Assembly: GCA_951406725.2 (NCBI GenBank)
Contig: OX597831.1
Coordinates: forward strand, 25,234,001 to 25,298,000
Direction of reading: 5' to 3'
DNA: 64,000 nt
Source of the DNA: Octopus vulgaris
Lineage: Eukaryota
Within the stretch, counting starts at the first letter, position 1; each line of letters opens with the position of its first letter. The notes under the pieces were generated by a model. It did no database searches. It saw only the letters and a program-made list of their open reading frames with translations, and was not told the origin of the DNA. This document shows positions 11,050 to 26,360 of this stretch, one piece after another. A program made the position numbers and the translations under genes.

Positions 11050-11723
11050 CATATGTATATATATATATATTTATGTGTGTGTGTGATGGCCTTGTTTCAG
11101 CTTCCCTCTATCAAATCCATTCACAAGGAATTGGTTGGCTCAGTGCTATAGCAGAAGATGCTTACCCAAACTACTACAAAGAGGGATTGAACCCAAGACC
11201 ACATGGTTGGGAAACAAGCTTTTGCAACCATACAGAAACCCCTTTGCCTTTAAGCTAATAGAAACAAAAAAGTTTTAGAATTGCTAAAAAAGACTTCTAG
11301 TGAAAGTTATTTTCCTTTTAGAGACAAAAACGTTTTTTTTTCAAGATTTATTTTCTTTCGTTCTACTATGTTCCACAAGATGAAAGTATTAAAAAAATGT
11401 CTTTTATTTCAATAAAATATAGAAATAGACACAAGACAGTAAAACCAAGCAGAGATTTCATTGAAAAGTGGACAATGTTAGGGATTCGTTCATGTCTTTT
11501 GCAAAGAATATACTACTTAAGGGAAACAATTGCAAGCAGTAGTTTCAGAAATTGAAATTAAGCTACGGATATAAATCCTTTTCTAGCAAAATATTCTACT
11601 ACCATCTTGGGGATTAAAGTCATAATATGATAAGAGAACACTGCAACAATAAATTCAAGAACATATTAGCAATTCTCGTTTTTGAAATAAATTCAGAAAA
11701 GACAAATGCAATGACAACAATAA

Positions 11724-11724
<1 letters not shown>

Positions 11725-11782
<58 letters not shown>

Positions 11783-11848
11783 TCATCATCATCATCATCA
11801 TCATCGTTATTATCATCATCATCATCATCATTCTTCTTCTTCTTCTTC

Positions 11849-11909
<61 letters not shown>

Positions 11910-11930
11910 TGTTATTATTGTTGTTGTTAT
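11725..11930. repeat. Compound microsatellite (TTA)n(TCA)n(TTC)n(TTA)n
   Basis: Direct reading. Confidence 0.95.
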
Positions 11931-13449
11931 AGAAATAAAGTGTCCAGTAGAACTGTTGCGAACAGTTGTCATGGCCAGAAGATGAGGAAGAGAACTACTA
12001 CTACTGAGTAGTAGTAGTAGGAGTAGGAGGAGGAGGAGCTATTTCTAATTCTGACACCAGGCTAGCTGGTTTGAGGGAAGAATGTTCTTTCATGAATTTG
12101 ACGCTAGTAACTCATTGGTACTTTATTTTATGAATCCTGAAGGCTTGAAATGTCGACTCAAGTTTTTCAGCCCCACTGTTGATAAAGCTAAAAACTAGCC
12201 AGGTACTGGGGTCAGTTTCATTCACCTGTTCACTCTCCTCAAAACTTGTTGGCCTTGTGCTTAAATTAGAAGCAATTATTATTATTATTTCTGTAAGAGC
12301 ATTATTGCCAAATAACCTGTTAGGATAGACATAGCCATGTGCCAGTAAACAGCAGTATAAGGACTTATAAATATTGTTTTGACGTTTTTATACGCCATTT
12401 GAACATTGGTGTTAACCACAGCTTCTTGGCCCTCGGTATTCTTGTTAACCTTGTTAACTTTAAATAGCTCTACTCACCTTTTGTATTGAACATTCTTGTT
12501 AATCTTGACATGCTGGTTAGCTACGAACATGTTCATTAACCTTGAATATCTTTGTTAACTTTAAACATCTTCATTCATGATCTCAAAGTTGTACCGAATA
12601 CTTGTTCCAAGAAAGGAAACTCTACATGCACTTCTTAAACCATGAATAGTAAAGATAAGCATAAAATAAAGCTAACAAAATAAATAGTCAGAAATGATAA
12701 AATGGCAAATTCATTTCCATTCGAAATAACTAAGTTTCTTCCCTGTACCATTTTTGTTTTGTTTTTTGTTTTTTTTCTTAGCGCCAACCATATTCACAAA
12801 TAGCATCATTTATAAAATCAACTTCAGAAGTTCAAAAATTATTTCAAAGTTAAAGAGATCCTGTGGTGAAAGTTATTTCCTTTTAGAGAGAAATGAAGAA
12901 CCCGCTCAGCCTCAGGAGTTTTATATAATTTTTCTTGTGTATGTGTGTGTGTGTGTGTTTTATTCTCTTTCTTAAATTCTAGACGGTTCTACAAGAAGTG
13001 ATATTTTAAAAAAATGAAATGCTATTGAGTCTTATAAAATAAAATTTATCCTTCTCTTATCAAAGAAAAAAAAAAAAGAAAAATCATATCATTCCAGAAA
13101 GTTCTTTTGAAATAATGTAAAATAGCTTTACTTTTAAGACAAAGTGCCAACATAAACAAGAGTTTATATTAGAGAAATTACAATTGTGAGACTGAATAGC
13201 ATTTGACCGCATATTCCATGCCTCATCATTGAAATTGAAATTTTGAATTCAAATGTATCAACGTCAAATTTGCTTTACTCATTCTGGAATCACACGATAA
13301 AGTACGAGTACCAAGTCAAGTACTTGATGTTGATATATATTCCTCTAATAGAGCCTAGAATGGAAAACTAAGTTATAATGTTTTCACTTTTCATTTCTCC
13401 AGTTTTTGACCATCCTTATTTAATACAAAAATATTTGATCAAATAATAA

Positions 13450-13652
13450 TCCCTTCTAATATAGGCACAAGGCCTGAAGTATTCAGGGAGAGGGCAGTTG
13501 ATTGCATTGACTCCAGCATTCAACTGGTACTTATTTTTTTATAAGGGAAGGTCAGCCACGACAGAATTTGAACTCAGAACATAAAAACAGACAAAATGCT
13601 ACTAGGCATTTTGCCCAGCATGCTAATGGTTCTACCCTTTCACCACCCTTAT
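13450..13652 (-). mobile_element. Family B-related SINE, degenerate, alternative tail
   Basis: GAATTTGAACTCAGAAC, CTGGTACTT and GGCACAAGGCCTGAA motifs. Confidence 0.7.
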
Positions 13653-15739
13653 TTAATCATGTAATAATACATGCAATTGTTCCTCATCATCAACTACTAA
13701 CTTTCTATGAAAATCCAATCCTTCCTCTCCAAAAACAATGAACCTCTGGAACCTCTCTTTGCAAACATTTTCCTCTAGTTCAGATTTTTCCAGCCAAATA
13801 TCAGTCACATCAATCTCATTCATTCTGTAGTGAGGAGGAATGGAAAGGTTATGGCTACAACCTCGCCTTTTCCAACCATCTTCATCATCATCACCGTCAT
13901 TATCATCATCATCATCATTTAACATCTGTTTCCCATGATAGCATGGGTTGGATGGCTGCAAAGTTGTGTCAGGCCCCAATGTCAGCTTTGGCATGGTTTC
14001 TATTGCAGGATGCTCTTCCTAACACCCTACCTTACATAAATGATACAGAAAACTGTCTAGATGTTGAATGTAAAGGTCTCCCAGACTCTGAATCAGTGAC
14101 CCTTTATTTGACTTTTCTGTCCCCCATTAACTCACCAATGCTTTTGGTTCATGTAAAACCATAAAAAATATTCCTTTGTTCTTGAAATGATGGTTGTGGC
14201 TTTGTTGTGGTTTTCTGGAATTAACTAAAAGATAGATAAATCTTCCACCGTGATGTGATTGTTTATTTTTTAAATGACATTGTAAGGTAGGTGTGAGAGG
14301 TCAGACTTGGCTGGTTTGAACATAAAACAGGTAAAATATTTCAGCCACGTATGGCCTGTTCAAATGCTAATGCATTAAATACGCACTCTAGTACATCTCT
14401 ACTTTGTTGACAACATATAAAGACTGTGTAAACATGATGTTTACAATCAAGGAACTTTAAATAACTTACACTTCATGGTTATAAAACTCCAAGTGTTTAC
14501 AAGAAAATAAGATTCAGTGTAAACAATGTTGTTTGGTGAAATAAACTCATGATGTTGACCACAGGGAAGGTTCTGGAAGAAACAGTGAAATTCTTTTACT
14601 TTTCTTCAATTATTTCCAGTTACAAAATAAAATCAAAAATTCAAGTTTTAAATTTTAAGACACACAAAAATAAAAATAAAAATAACAAATAATGAAGGAA
14701 GTTGAATGTAAAAAAAAATAAAACTAATTTGAAGTAGTTTATTTAATTGTATTTAAATTTTATTATTTAAATTTTATTCTGTGTTCCCTTCTTTTTTAAA
14801 AAGTGGTCGTATTTTGTGGTAGAAACATGATAATACAATTTGAACAACAACATGCAGCAATAACAGCAACAACATATAAAAAAAACACGAGAAGCAAAGA
14901 CAATAACTGTATCATCATCATCATCATCATTGCCATCATCATCGTCATCATTATCATCATCATCAGCAGCAGCGGAGTAGTAGTAGTAGTAGTAGTATAA
15001 GAAGAAGAGCAATATCAGACATATCACTAACATGGGTGACTAGCAGTAACAACAACAATGACAAGAACAATGACAAAATATCCAAAATAGAATCTCAGAC
15101 AGCAATATCAACAATGATAACAACAATAAGAATAACCATTTCTGCTAACTTGTTTCTGTATGTATTTGGTAGAATAAATTATTTTTTAATGAGACACATT
15201 GGTTTGTGGAGAGAGAGAGAGAGAGAGAGAGAGAAATGGTGGTGTGACAAAGAGTAAAAGATAGAGAAAAGCAGACCGTGTAACGAGTTCAATTAACTCC
15301 TGTTTATTATTGGTATTTGATTTATGAAACCAATAACCAATGAAGGATTGATAATATCCAATACTGGTGAGTTTGGAAAATGTTGAATAAATCCAGTTAT
15401 CATAAACAACTGAAAGCTAAGAACTCAGATTGCCATCTTTGAATAGAAAGTAGTAGACAATGGAAGAATGGTTGGTCTGGCAGATGCTGCCAATCTAGAG
15501 ATTCTCCAGATTCTACCCTGGCACCTCTGGTTAGTTTAGCAACTTGAATTACAGATTTAGATGTGATTTGAACCCAGAACTAAAAGGATGACACTGAAAT
15601 ACTTTACTGCTTTCCTGCCCCTATTTCTATTGTAATGCACACTGCCTATATCTTTTATCTTTACTCGTTAATCTTTTACTGCTTTCAGTCATTAGACTGC
15701 AGCCATGCTTGGGCACCACCTTGGGTGAGGCATGGGCTG

Positions 15740-16400
15740 TTACTACTGAAGATATGTGAAGTCTTGAAAGAAAGGAAGCCAGTATGGATGGGTAATGTCA
15801 GAGTGCATATACAACAGGGTGTAAGTGATCTGAGAGAAAAACTAAGTATATGAGGCATCACATGACCATTGGTATGGTCATGTGATGCATATAAATGAAG
15901 ATAGCTGTATCAAGAGGTGCTAACCTCTAATTGTAGAGGAAACATGTGGAAGGGGAAGACCTAAGGAGACATGGGACAAATTGATGAAAAGGGATTTACA
16001 GATGTTTGGACTCATAGAGGAGATGACAGAGCACTGAGACAACTGGCATTTTGCTGTGCTTGAAAAGACATGCCAAGCTAAGTAGAAGTGTGGTTGTCCT
16101 TGCATACAGGCTGTCCCTTAAATCCTTCTCCAGCTGAGTATTCTTAACCTTGCAAGTTCATGGGTGCTAGTGCCACATGAAAAGCACCCATACCAGTTCC
16201 AAGTAAACACACCCATGCCAGTGCTGCTTAAGAGCACCCTGTGCACTCTGTAAAGTGGTTGGTATTAGGAAGGGCATCCATCCGTTAAAAACCATGCCAA
16301 AACAGACACAAAGTCTCAGCAACTCCTCAGCTGGTCAGCTCCTGTCAAACAATCCAACCCATGCCAGCATGGAAAATGGGCAGGAAATGATGATGATGCG
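15740..16400 (+). mobile_element. RTE-type LINE 3' remnant (RT C-terminus pseudogene + family E 3' UTR)
   Basis: Translates with stops as WYGHVMHINEDSCIKRC*PLIVEETCGRGRPKETWDKLMKRDL; continues into the family E tail and (GAT)n. Confidence 0.75.
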
Positions 16401-16979
16401 TTTGCAATTAATTATTGTATTATTGAAAATAATAATTAATAATTTTGATGTAAATTAACTAAGTTGGGCTACTGTTTATTTATCTAGTCTTTAGGACATA
16501 AGGTTTTAATTTAAATCCAAACACATTAAAACAGACAGGAATTTTTGTATGATTGCATCACAGATCAGACTTAGTTGAGTTTATATCAGAGAAGTAGATG
16601 GGGGTAATCTAATGGGTTAACTGAATGTTCTTCACTAGTGTAAGAAATCCTGCAATAACTATGAGCACTGTTCCTTTACTCTGAACAAAAATACATAAAC
16701 ATTAACACAGAAAAACGGAAAATAATAATAGACTGTTCTGATTAAAGAAGATATAGTATTTATCAACCTTTAAAATATGCACTAAATATTTAATCTAATA
16801 AATGTAAATGTTTGACTCCATATTGCTAATATCATACGCACCATTTTCTTTAGCTTGTTTTGACTATTAAAGATAATACAAAGCTGAAGGAAGATTTTGT
16901 ATTTCAATTCAATAATCAAAAAAGATTAAGGAATTCAGTAAAATAATTTTTACTAAAAACTGGTAGTTTAATTATCACT

Positions 16980-17032
<53 letters not shown>

Positions 17033-17230
17033 ATAACGTCCATTTTCCATGCTAGCATGGGTTGAGTGGTTAGACAGGAGCCGACCAGCTGAAGGGCTGT
17101 TCAGGATCCCTGTCTGTTTTGGCTTGGCTTCTACAACTGGATGCCCTTCCTAATACCAGCCACTTTACAGAGTGTACTGGGTGGTTTTACGCAGCACCAG
17201 CATGGATGCTATTTACATACATGGTGCCAG
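16980..17230 (-). mobile_element. Family E LINE 3'-tail repeat
   Basis: (CAT)n followed by CCATGCTAGCATGGG...GGATGCCCTTCCTAA. Confidence 0.75.
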
Positions 17231-17744
17231 CTGGATTAGGAATACTCAGCTGGACAGGGTTGCAAGGTAGGAGCCTGTATGGCAACCACACTAGTAGTTA
17301 AATTATGAATTAAGAAAATCATCTTAGATGACATACTATAAGGTTTTAGTCAAATATGAACACTTTCAATAAAACAGGTTTTTCAAAGAACCAGAGAGGT
17401 AGATCTCAGCGGGGTTTTGTATCATGGGCTAGGGTTGTGGATCTTAGGATCTCTTGATGTCTTGCAAACAACTTGCACATGCAAGTGCTACCAGTCAAAA
17501 ACTCTGCATACCGGAAGCCAGCAAGTGTATGGAGTCATCAGGAGAGAATGCGCACTGTTTCAGGGCCTACCTCTTGACGCCATCGATGTGCACCAGCCCC
17601 ACTCACTGATATGAGACCCCACTTGCTTGATCAGCTGGTTATCAAATAAAGTTCAATATTCTTCTAGCCATCGCTCATCGTCTCTTTTTAACCAAATCCA
17701 TGAAGTCTTGTATAAGAAAAAAAGTAAACACACAGAAAAATGCC

Positions 17745-17935
17745 GATAGCACATAAAAAGCACCCAGAACATTCTGTTAAGTGGTTGGCATAAGGAAGGG
17801 CATCCAGCCATAGAAACCATGCCACAACAGACGATTGGAGTTTGGACAGCTCTCTGCTAGTCAGCTCCATGTCAAATCGTCCAACCCTTGCCAGCATGGA
17901 TGGTGGAAATTAAATGATGATGATAATGATGATGA
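17745..17935 (+). mobile_element. Family E LINE 3'-tail repeat
   Basis: GTGGTTGGCATAAGGAAGGGCATCCAGC...(GAT)n. Confidence 0.75.
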
Positions 17936-18536
17936 ATCTTAAGTTTCATTTCAAAGAACCAGTGGGGTGAATCTCAGAAAGTTTTGTTTCAAAGAACTAA
18001 AGAAGGGGAAGGGGTCTCAGGCAACTTTCTCTTGTAGAACCTGGAAAGCGAATCACATGTGGTTTTGTGGTAATGAGTCAGAAAGGTCAGCCTCAAGAGG
18101 TTTAGTATTAAAGAACCAGAAGAAAGGTGGATCTCAGGAGTGTTTGCACTGAAAGGGTTAAGGCATCGAGTAGTTAGTTCATCATACCACTGTGTGATGG
18201 ATCTCTCCGCTGTCTGCTTGTATTAATATTGATCTCACATAAAAAACCACCTTTTTCAAAGACTAACAGAAATTGCTTTCTGATCAGTTAGTGACAGGTA
18301 TGGCCTCTCAGGTCAATTGTCTTTGAGTAGTCCTAAAGCATGGGGAGTGGCACAAAAAAAAACAAAAAAAATTCTTTTCATCATATGTGGTAATAAAGTA
18401 AAAAAAAAAGAGAAAGAAGAGTAGTAGTTGTTGAGGGGGTGGTGGGGGTGGTGATGGTAATGGCAATTTTGTTTTGAGGAAAATGAATCTTCATGGTTAT
18501 AATTATCTTTCATTTGGATGGTGATAAGGAAGAGAC

Positions 18537-18606
<70 letters not shown>

Positions 18607-18919
18607 GTTGTTGTTGTTGTTGTTTTCATCATTACTGTTTTTTATGAGAATACAGAGGGCAACAAGGATGAGAATGATGAAAATACGATGATATGATGAT
18701 GACGATGATGATGATATTGGCAATATTAATAATAGTATTAAGACAAGAAATACAAAAATAGCAAAAAACAAGAAAAAAATTCAACTTCAACGAACAACAC
18801 CTTTCTCCAAAATGAAAACAAAATAAATAAATAAAAAAATAAATAAAAGGAAACGGCAACTTGTGGATGGGGTGAAAATATTTAAAAAGTAAAATAAATT
18901 AAAATATTTTATATTGAAA

Positions 18920-20386
<1,467 letters not shown>

Positions 20387-20789
20387 GTATTTTTCTATCT
20401 ATCTTTCTTTCTCCCCCCCCCGCGCTCTCTATGTGTATCTACATTATTGTCATCGTATTTAACATCATTATTTTGGCATTCATGTTTCCATACTTGCATG
20501 GATCGCATGAAACAATTTGAAAGAGATTGTCTATGGCCAAATTCCTTCCTTCCTTTCACCAACCCAAGCTGAACCTGCTTCCAAGCAAGGTAATATTCCC
20601 CCATTCTTGGACTGTTTTCACAGAAGATTGGAAAGGAATAAGAGCACTCATATAATCAAGGAAATCTACACAAACAATACAGTTATTATTTCGTCCTACC
20701 TTTTAAATCCCTAATAATAAAAGTTGATAAGATGAACAGAATATTACACATTTATAAGAATAATTTCTGTTAGTTTATTAATCCCAGCT

Positions 20790-21018
20790 CTTTACTCTTA
20801 CTCTTTACTCTTTTACTCTTTTACTTGTTTCAGTCATTTGACTGTGGCCATGCTGGAGCACCGCCTTTAGTCGATCAAATAGACCCCGGGACTTATTCTG
20901 TTTGTAAGCCCAGTACTTATTCAATCGGTCTCTTTTGCCGAACCGCTAAGTGACGGGGACGTAAACACACCAGCATCGGTTGTCAAGCAATGCTAGGGGG
21001 ACAAACACAGACACATAA

Positions 21019-21055
<37 letters not shown>

Positions 21056-21227
21056 CATATATACGACAGGCTTCTTTCAATTTCCGTCTACCAAATCCAC
21101 TCACAAGGCATTGGTCGGCCCGGGGCTATAGCAGAAGACACTTGCCCAAGATGCCACGCAGTGGGACTGAACCCGCAACCATGTGGTTGGTTAGCAAGCT
21201 ACTTACCACACAGCCACTCCTGCGCCT
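20790..21227 (-). mobile_element. Family A SINE, full length
   Basis: Reverse complement of family A with (TACTCTT)n tail. Confidence 0.9.
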
Positions 21228-21454
21228 AAGCTCTTCACTTATTTTATCAACAAACTCTGAGAAGGTACAACAAAATTGAATCAAGATTAGTTTGAACTCG
21301 GATCCTACATTCGAAAAGAAATCTGAGGAATCGTTGTTATGTTTGTTCGACATGTCTTCTGGCTTCTTATGTTCCTTACTTGTTTCAGTCATTGGACAGT
21401 GGCAATGCTTGAGCATCACCTTAGAGTGTATGTTGTTTGTTTGTTTGTTTTTGG

Positions 21455-21703
21455 GCCATGCCTGGCTCATAAGGGCTGGTTTCCTGGTTTCACTGTCACA
21501 GGTGAGCTGCTAAATGCAGAAGGAAAGAATGAGAGAAAGTTGTGGCAAAAGAGTCAGCAGAAGTTTGCCATTACCTTCTGCTGAAGCCAGGTAGAGCTTA
21601 GGTGTTTCGCTCATAAAACACACACATCGCCTGGTCTGAGATTCAAACCTGAGATCCTTCGACTGCAAGTCCGCTGCTCTAACCACTAGGCCACGTGCCT
21701 CCA
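21455..21703 (-). mobile_element. Family C-headed SINE subfamily
   Basis: Homologous to 51692-51992. Confidence 0.7.
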
Positions 21704-22494
21704 CCCTGAAGAGTATAGTTGAACAAATCAACCCGCGGAACTTATTTTTTAGAATTACTTTTAGCTGAACTGTTAAGTGACGAAGGACACAAACAAACCA
21801 AGAATGGTTGTCAAGCAGTGGTAAGAGCCAAACAAAAACACACACACGCACACACACACACACATGCACACACACATGACAGGCTTCTTTTAGTTTCCAT
21901 CTATACTGTCCACTCACAGGGCTTTGATCAGTCCAGGGCTATAGTAAAAGACACTTGCCTAAGGTGCCGTGCAGTGGGACTGAACCCAGAACCACATGAC
22001 TGAGAAGCAAATGTCTTGCCATACAGCCACATGTATACAGAGTATATTTTTAATTATGTAATTAAAGCCCTCATCATTAACACCAACAACCTCGCTACCT
22101 CTCTCATCATCATCATTATCATCACCACCAAATTTACAATATTATTACAACTTAATCACCACCACCACCACCACTAATCCTTTAGCCATGGCCATCACTA
22201 CTGCTTCCATCATAATCACCAACTCCATCACCACAAGTATCATATCCACCACCATCACCCTAGTCACTGCCACAACAAACCCCACCATCTCCACCACCTC
22301 CACAACCATCACCATCAGCTCTGCTATTACTACCAATGGTCGTTAACATTACAATTCCCTTCATCAATGCCACCAACCTTATCACCAAATACACCACAAC
22401 CACCACCACCACCACCATCACCACAACCACCACATCCACCACCATCATTGTCATCATTATCACAAACAACATCTATATCAATATCATTGACCGT

Positions 22495-23477
22495 CCATAC
22501 CACTAATAATGGTTTCGGATTTTGGCACAAGGCCAGCAATTTTTGGTGGGAAGTGGTTAAGTCAATTACATCAACCCCACTGCTCAGCTGGTACTTTTTT
22601 TTATCGACCCTGGAAGAATGAAAAGCAAAGTCAAACCTAGGTAGAATTTGAACTCAAAATGTATGTATAGTTCCCCCACCTTCACTGTCACCATCACCAT
22701 ATCCACTAAGAACAAAACCAGCCACCACAATCATCATCATCATCATCATTATCATCATCATCATCCCCTCCCACCAAAAACAATACCACCACTGCTACCG
22801 CCATCGATACCACCTTCACCATCTGAACAATACCTCCATACCCATATCATCACCATCACCACTAAGAACAAAACCAATCACCACATTCAATATCACTAAC
22901 CAACCATACCACTCATTATGGTTTCGGATTTTGGCACGAGGCCAGCAATTTTTGGTGGGAAGTGGTTAAGTCAATTACATCGACCCCCACTGCTCAGCTG
23001 GCACTTTTTTTTTATCGACCCTGGAAGAATGAAAAACAAAGTCAAACCTAGGTGGAATTTGAACTCAAAATGTATAGTTCCCCCACCTTCACTGTCACCA
23101 TCACCATATCCACTAAGAACAAAACCAGCCACCACAATCATCATCATCATCATTATCATCATCATCATCCCCTCCCACCAAAAACAATACCACCACTGCC
23201 ACCACCATCGATACCACCTTCACCATCTGAACAATACCTCCATACCCATATCATCACCATCACCACTAAGAACAAGACCAATCACCACAATCAATATCAC
23301 TGACCAACCATACCACTCATTATGGTTTCGGATTTTGGCACGAGGCCAGCAATTTTTGGTGGGAAGGGGTTAAGTCAATTACATCGACCCCCACTGCTCA
23401 GCTGGTACTTTTTTTTATCGACCCTGGAAGAATGAAAAATAAGGTCAAACCTAGGTGGAATTTGAACTCAAAATGTA
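22495..23477. repeat. Tandem duplication, ~405-bp period, ~2.4 units (family B fragment + CAC/CAT-rich spacer)
   Basis: CCATACCACT(A/C)AT(A/T)ATGGTTTCGGATTTTGGCAC recurs near 22495, 22904 and 23308. Confidence 0.9.
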
Positions 23478-23561
23478 CAGACAGATGAAATGCCGCTAAG
23501 CAGTTTGACCACTGTGCCAACAATTATGTCAGCTTGCCATCTTCCCAATGGCACTACTATT

Positions 23562-23790
23562 ACTCTTTTACTCTCTTACTTGTTTCAGTCATTTGACTGT
23601 GGCCATGCTGGAACATCGCCTTCGGTCGAGCAAATCAACCCCAGGACTTATTCTTTGTAAGCCTAGTACATATTCTATTGGTCTCTTTTGCAGAACTACT
23701 AAGTTACGGGGATGTAAACACACCAGCATCAGTTGTCAAGCGATGTTGGTGGGGACAAACACAGACACACAAACATACAAACACACACAA

Positions 23791-23830
<40 letters not shown>

Positions 23831-24021
23831 CCCAATGGCACTACTATATACATATATACAACGGGCTTCTTTCAGTTTCTACCTACCAATCGACTCACAA
23901 GGCTTTGGTTGGCCCGAGGCTATAGATGAAGACACTCGCCCAAGGTGCCACGCAGTGAGACTGAACCTGGAACCATGTGGTTGGTAAGCAAGCTACTTAC
24001 CACACAGCCACTCCTACGCCT
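23562..24021 (-). mobile_element. Family A SINE, full length
   Basis: Reverse complement of family A. Confidence 0.9.
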
Positions 24022-24263
24022 ATTAGTTTTAAAATTTTGACACAAGGCCAGCAATTTGGGGGGTGGGGTAAGTCAATTAAATCAATCCCAGTGCTCAGCT
24101 GGTACTTTTTTTATCGACCCTGAAAGGATGAAGAGTGAAGTCAACCTCTGTGAAATTTGAACTTAGAATATAAAGATGGACAAAATGATGCTAAACATTT
24201 TTCCCAGCTCACCACCTTCATAATGACACTAATATTAGTTCCAAATTTTGGCTTAAGGCCAGG

Positions 24264-24287
24264 TTAGGGTTAGGGTTAGGGTCAGGG
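24264..24287 (+). repeat. Short interstitial telomeric repeat (TTAGGG)3 TCAGGG inside a family B SINE
   Basis: Direct reading. Confidence 0.7.
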
Positions 24288-25380
24288 TTCATCAAACAGA
24301 TGAAAGGCAAAGTCAACCTGAGCAGAATTTGAACACAGATTGTCAATACAGATGAAATACCACTAAGAATTTTTGCCCAGCATGCTAACAGTTCTGCCAG
24401 CCGGCCGCCGCCTTCTCTATAGCACTGATATTACCATCATCACTCAATCAAGAACAATACCACCTCCATCACCATCTACATCCCCATCAAGAGGAATACC
24501 ACCACCACCACCAACAACAACAACGCTATCACCACTTCCACTGAGAACAAAACCAACCACCACAATCATCATCATCGTCGTCGTCGTCGTCATCATCACC
24601 CCCTTCCACCAAAAACAATACTACCACTGCCGCCACCACCACCATCATCATCATGAACAATACCTCCCATCCCCACACCGTCACCATCACCACTTCAGCT
24701 AAGAACAAAACCAACCACCACCACAATCGGCATCTCCTCCTACCTAAAAAACAATACAACCACCTCCATCACCATTCCCCATCAAGAACAATACCACCAC
24801 CACCACCAGTGCCACCACCATCGTCAGCACCACCATCATCACCACCATTATTATCACCTCCATCACCTCCCCCCCCCCACACACACACCAAGAACAATAC
24901 CAGCCACCACCACAACCACCACAACCACCACCGCCACCATCATGAAGATCAATACCACCTCCATCACCATCTCCACCATGAACAATACCAACCCATTATC
25001 TTCAAGAATGTTCTAAATACAGAAATCTTCCAGAACCTTCTGCAATTGACAGATTGCAGTTTTGTCATTTAAATAACACCCACACACACACACACACATG
25101 CACCTCACCCCATCCCCCCTTCAATCCAATCAACTTTATTGTTGTTCTTTTATATTCTCTTTATTCCATAGTTACTTCCTCTCATTATTTATATCTACAT
25201 CTATCATTTCCTTACTCTCTTTGTTGTTTAGCCCCAGGTCGGACAGTCCTTATCCAGGAGTCGTATGATCAAAAGGCATTCCATTTGTGATCATTCTACG
25301 TTTTGACAGTATGGTCTTGTGCATTCATAGCTGTATACTGTGTGGCAGAATCTTGTCAGAGCACTGGGCATATGCCTTAT

Positions 25381-25649
25381 CCAGACCGGGCGTTGTGAGT
25401 GTTTATTGAGCGAAAACGCCTAAAGCTCCCTGCTGTACTCTTTCACCACAACTTTCTCTCACTCTTACTTCCTGTTTCTGTTGTACCTGTATTTCAAAGG
25501 GCCGGCCTTGTCACTCTCTGTCACGCTGAATATCCCCGAGAACTACGTTAAGGGTACACGTGTCTGTGGAGTGCTCAGCCACTCACACGTTAATTTCACG
25601 ATCGGATCAACCGGAACCCTCGTCGTCGTAACCGACGGAGTGCTTCCTA
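25381..25649 (+). mobile_element. 5'-truncated family C SINE
   Basis: Matches the body of 26361-26748; TSD ATGCCTTAT (25372-25380 / 25650-25658). Confidence 0.85.
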
Positions 25650-25759
25650 ATGCCTTATAGCCCTCATTCTGGCCCTTTGTTCTGCTAAATCCAGAACCCC
25701 TCCAAGCTTAACTTTGACTTCACCTTTCCAAATACAGTCAGTGGCATACTCTCTCTTAA

Positions 25760-26275
25760 TACTTTTTGCCCCTTCTGGAGCATAGGGCTTCAACAGTTGT
25801 TTTCCACTTTTTGGCGGTCATTGGCATGTTTCGTGGCTGCTTCCCATGTCAGGCCGGTGGTCCTGAGCTCGTCCAAAATGCTCCGCATCCATGTCTGCTT
25901 CGGACGTCCTCGCTTCCTTTCCCCCTGCAAGTTCCAGTCAAGTGGTTGTCGTGTCACATTTGAGGGTTCTTTCCGCAGTGTGTGTCCAGTCCATCTCCAT
26001 TTCCTTCATCTAATCTGAACATGTATGGGCTCCTGGTTGGCCCTTTCCCACAGGTTGGTGTTTGGCACTCTGTCGAACCACTTCAAATGGAGGATCTGCC
26101 GGGGACATTTGTTGAAGAAGGTCTGGATCTTCTTGTAGTTGCTGCAGGTGGCTCTCCATGTTTCAGAGCCGTACAAAAGCAGATTTTACATTTGAACTAA
26201 ATAAGTGAAGTTTAGTTCGATGTCAGTGGACTTCCATACAGGCCAAAGAATAGCGAAGGCTTGCCAAGCCTTCTA
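25760..26275 (-). pseudogene. RTE-clade LINE reverse transcriptase C-terminal remnant
   Basis: Minus strand reads LYGSETWRATCSNYKKIQTFFNKCPRQILHLKWFDRVPNTNLWERANQEPIHVQIR*RKWRWTGHTLRK...GERKRGRPKQTW. Confidence 0.85.
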
Positions 26276-26360
26276 TATTTATGGTCCAGTCAGTCATATT
26301 ACAATTCTTTTCTCAGCCAAGCAGAGTCTTCATCTTCTACTGCTGTTACAATAAGGTTTG

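Noticed and set aside
17485-17548. Minus-strand CTGATGA followed by a hairpin
   Set aside because: No GAAA after the stem, so not a hammerhead
22367-25072. Pro/His/Thr-rich ORFs
   Set aside because: CAC/CAT low-complexity sequence and SINE fragments
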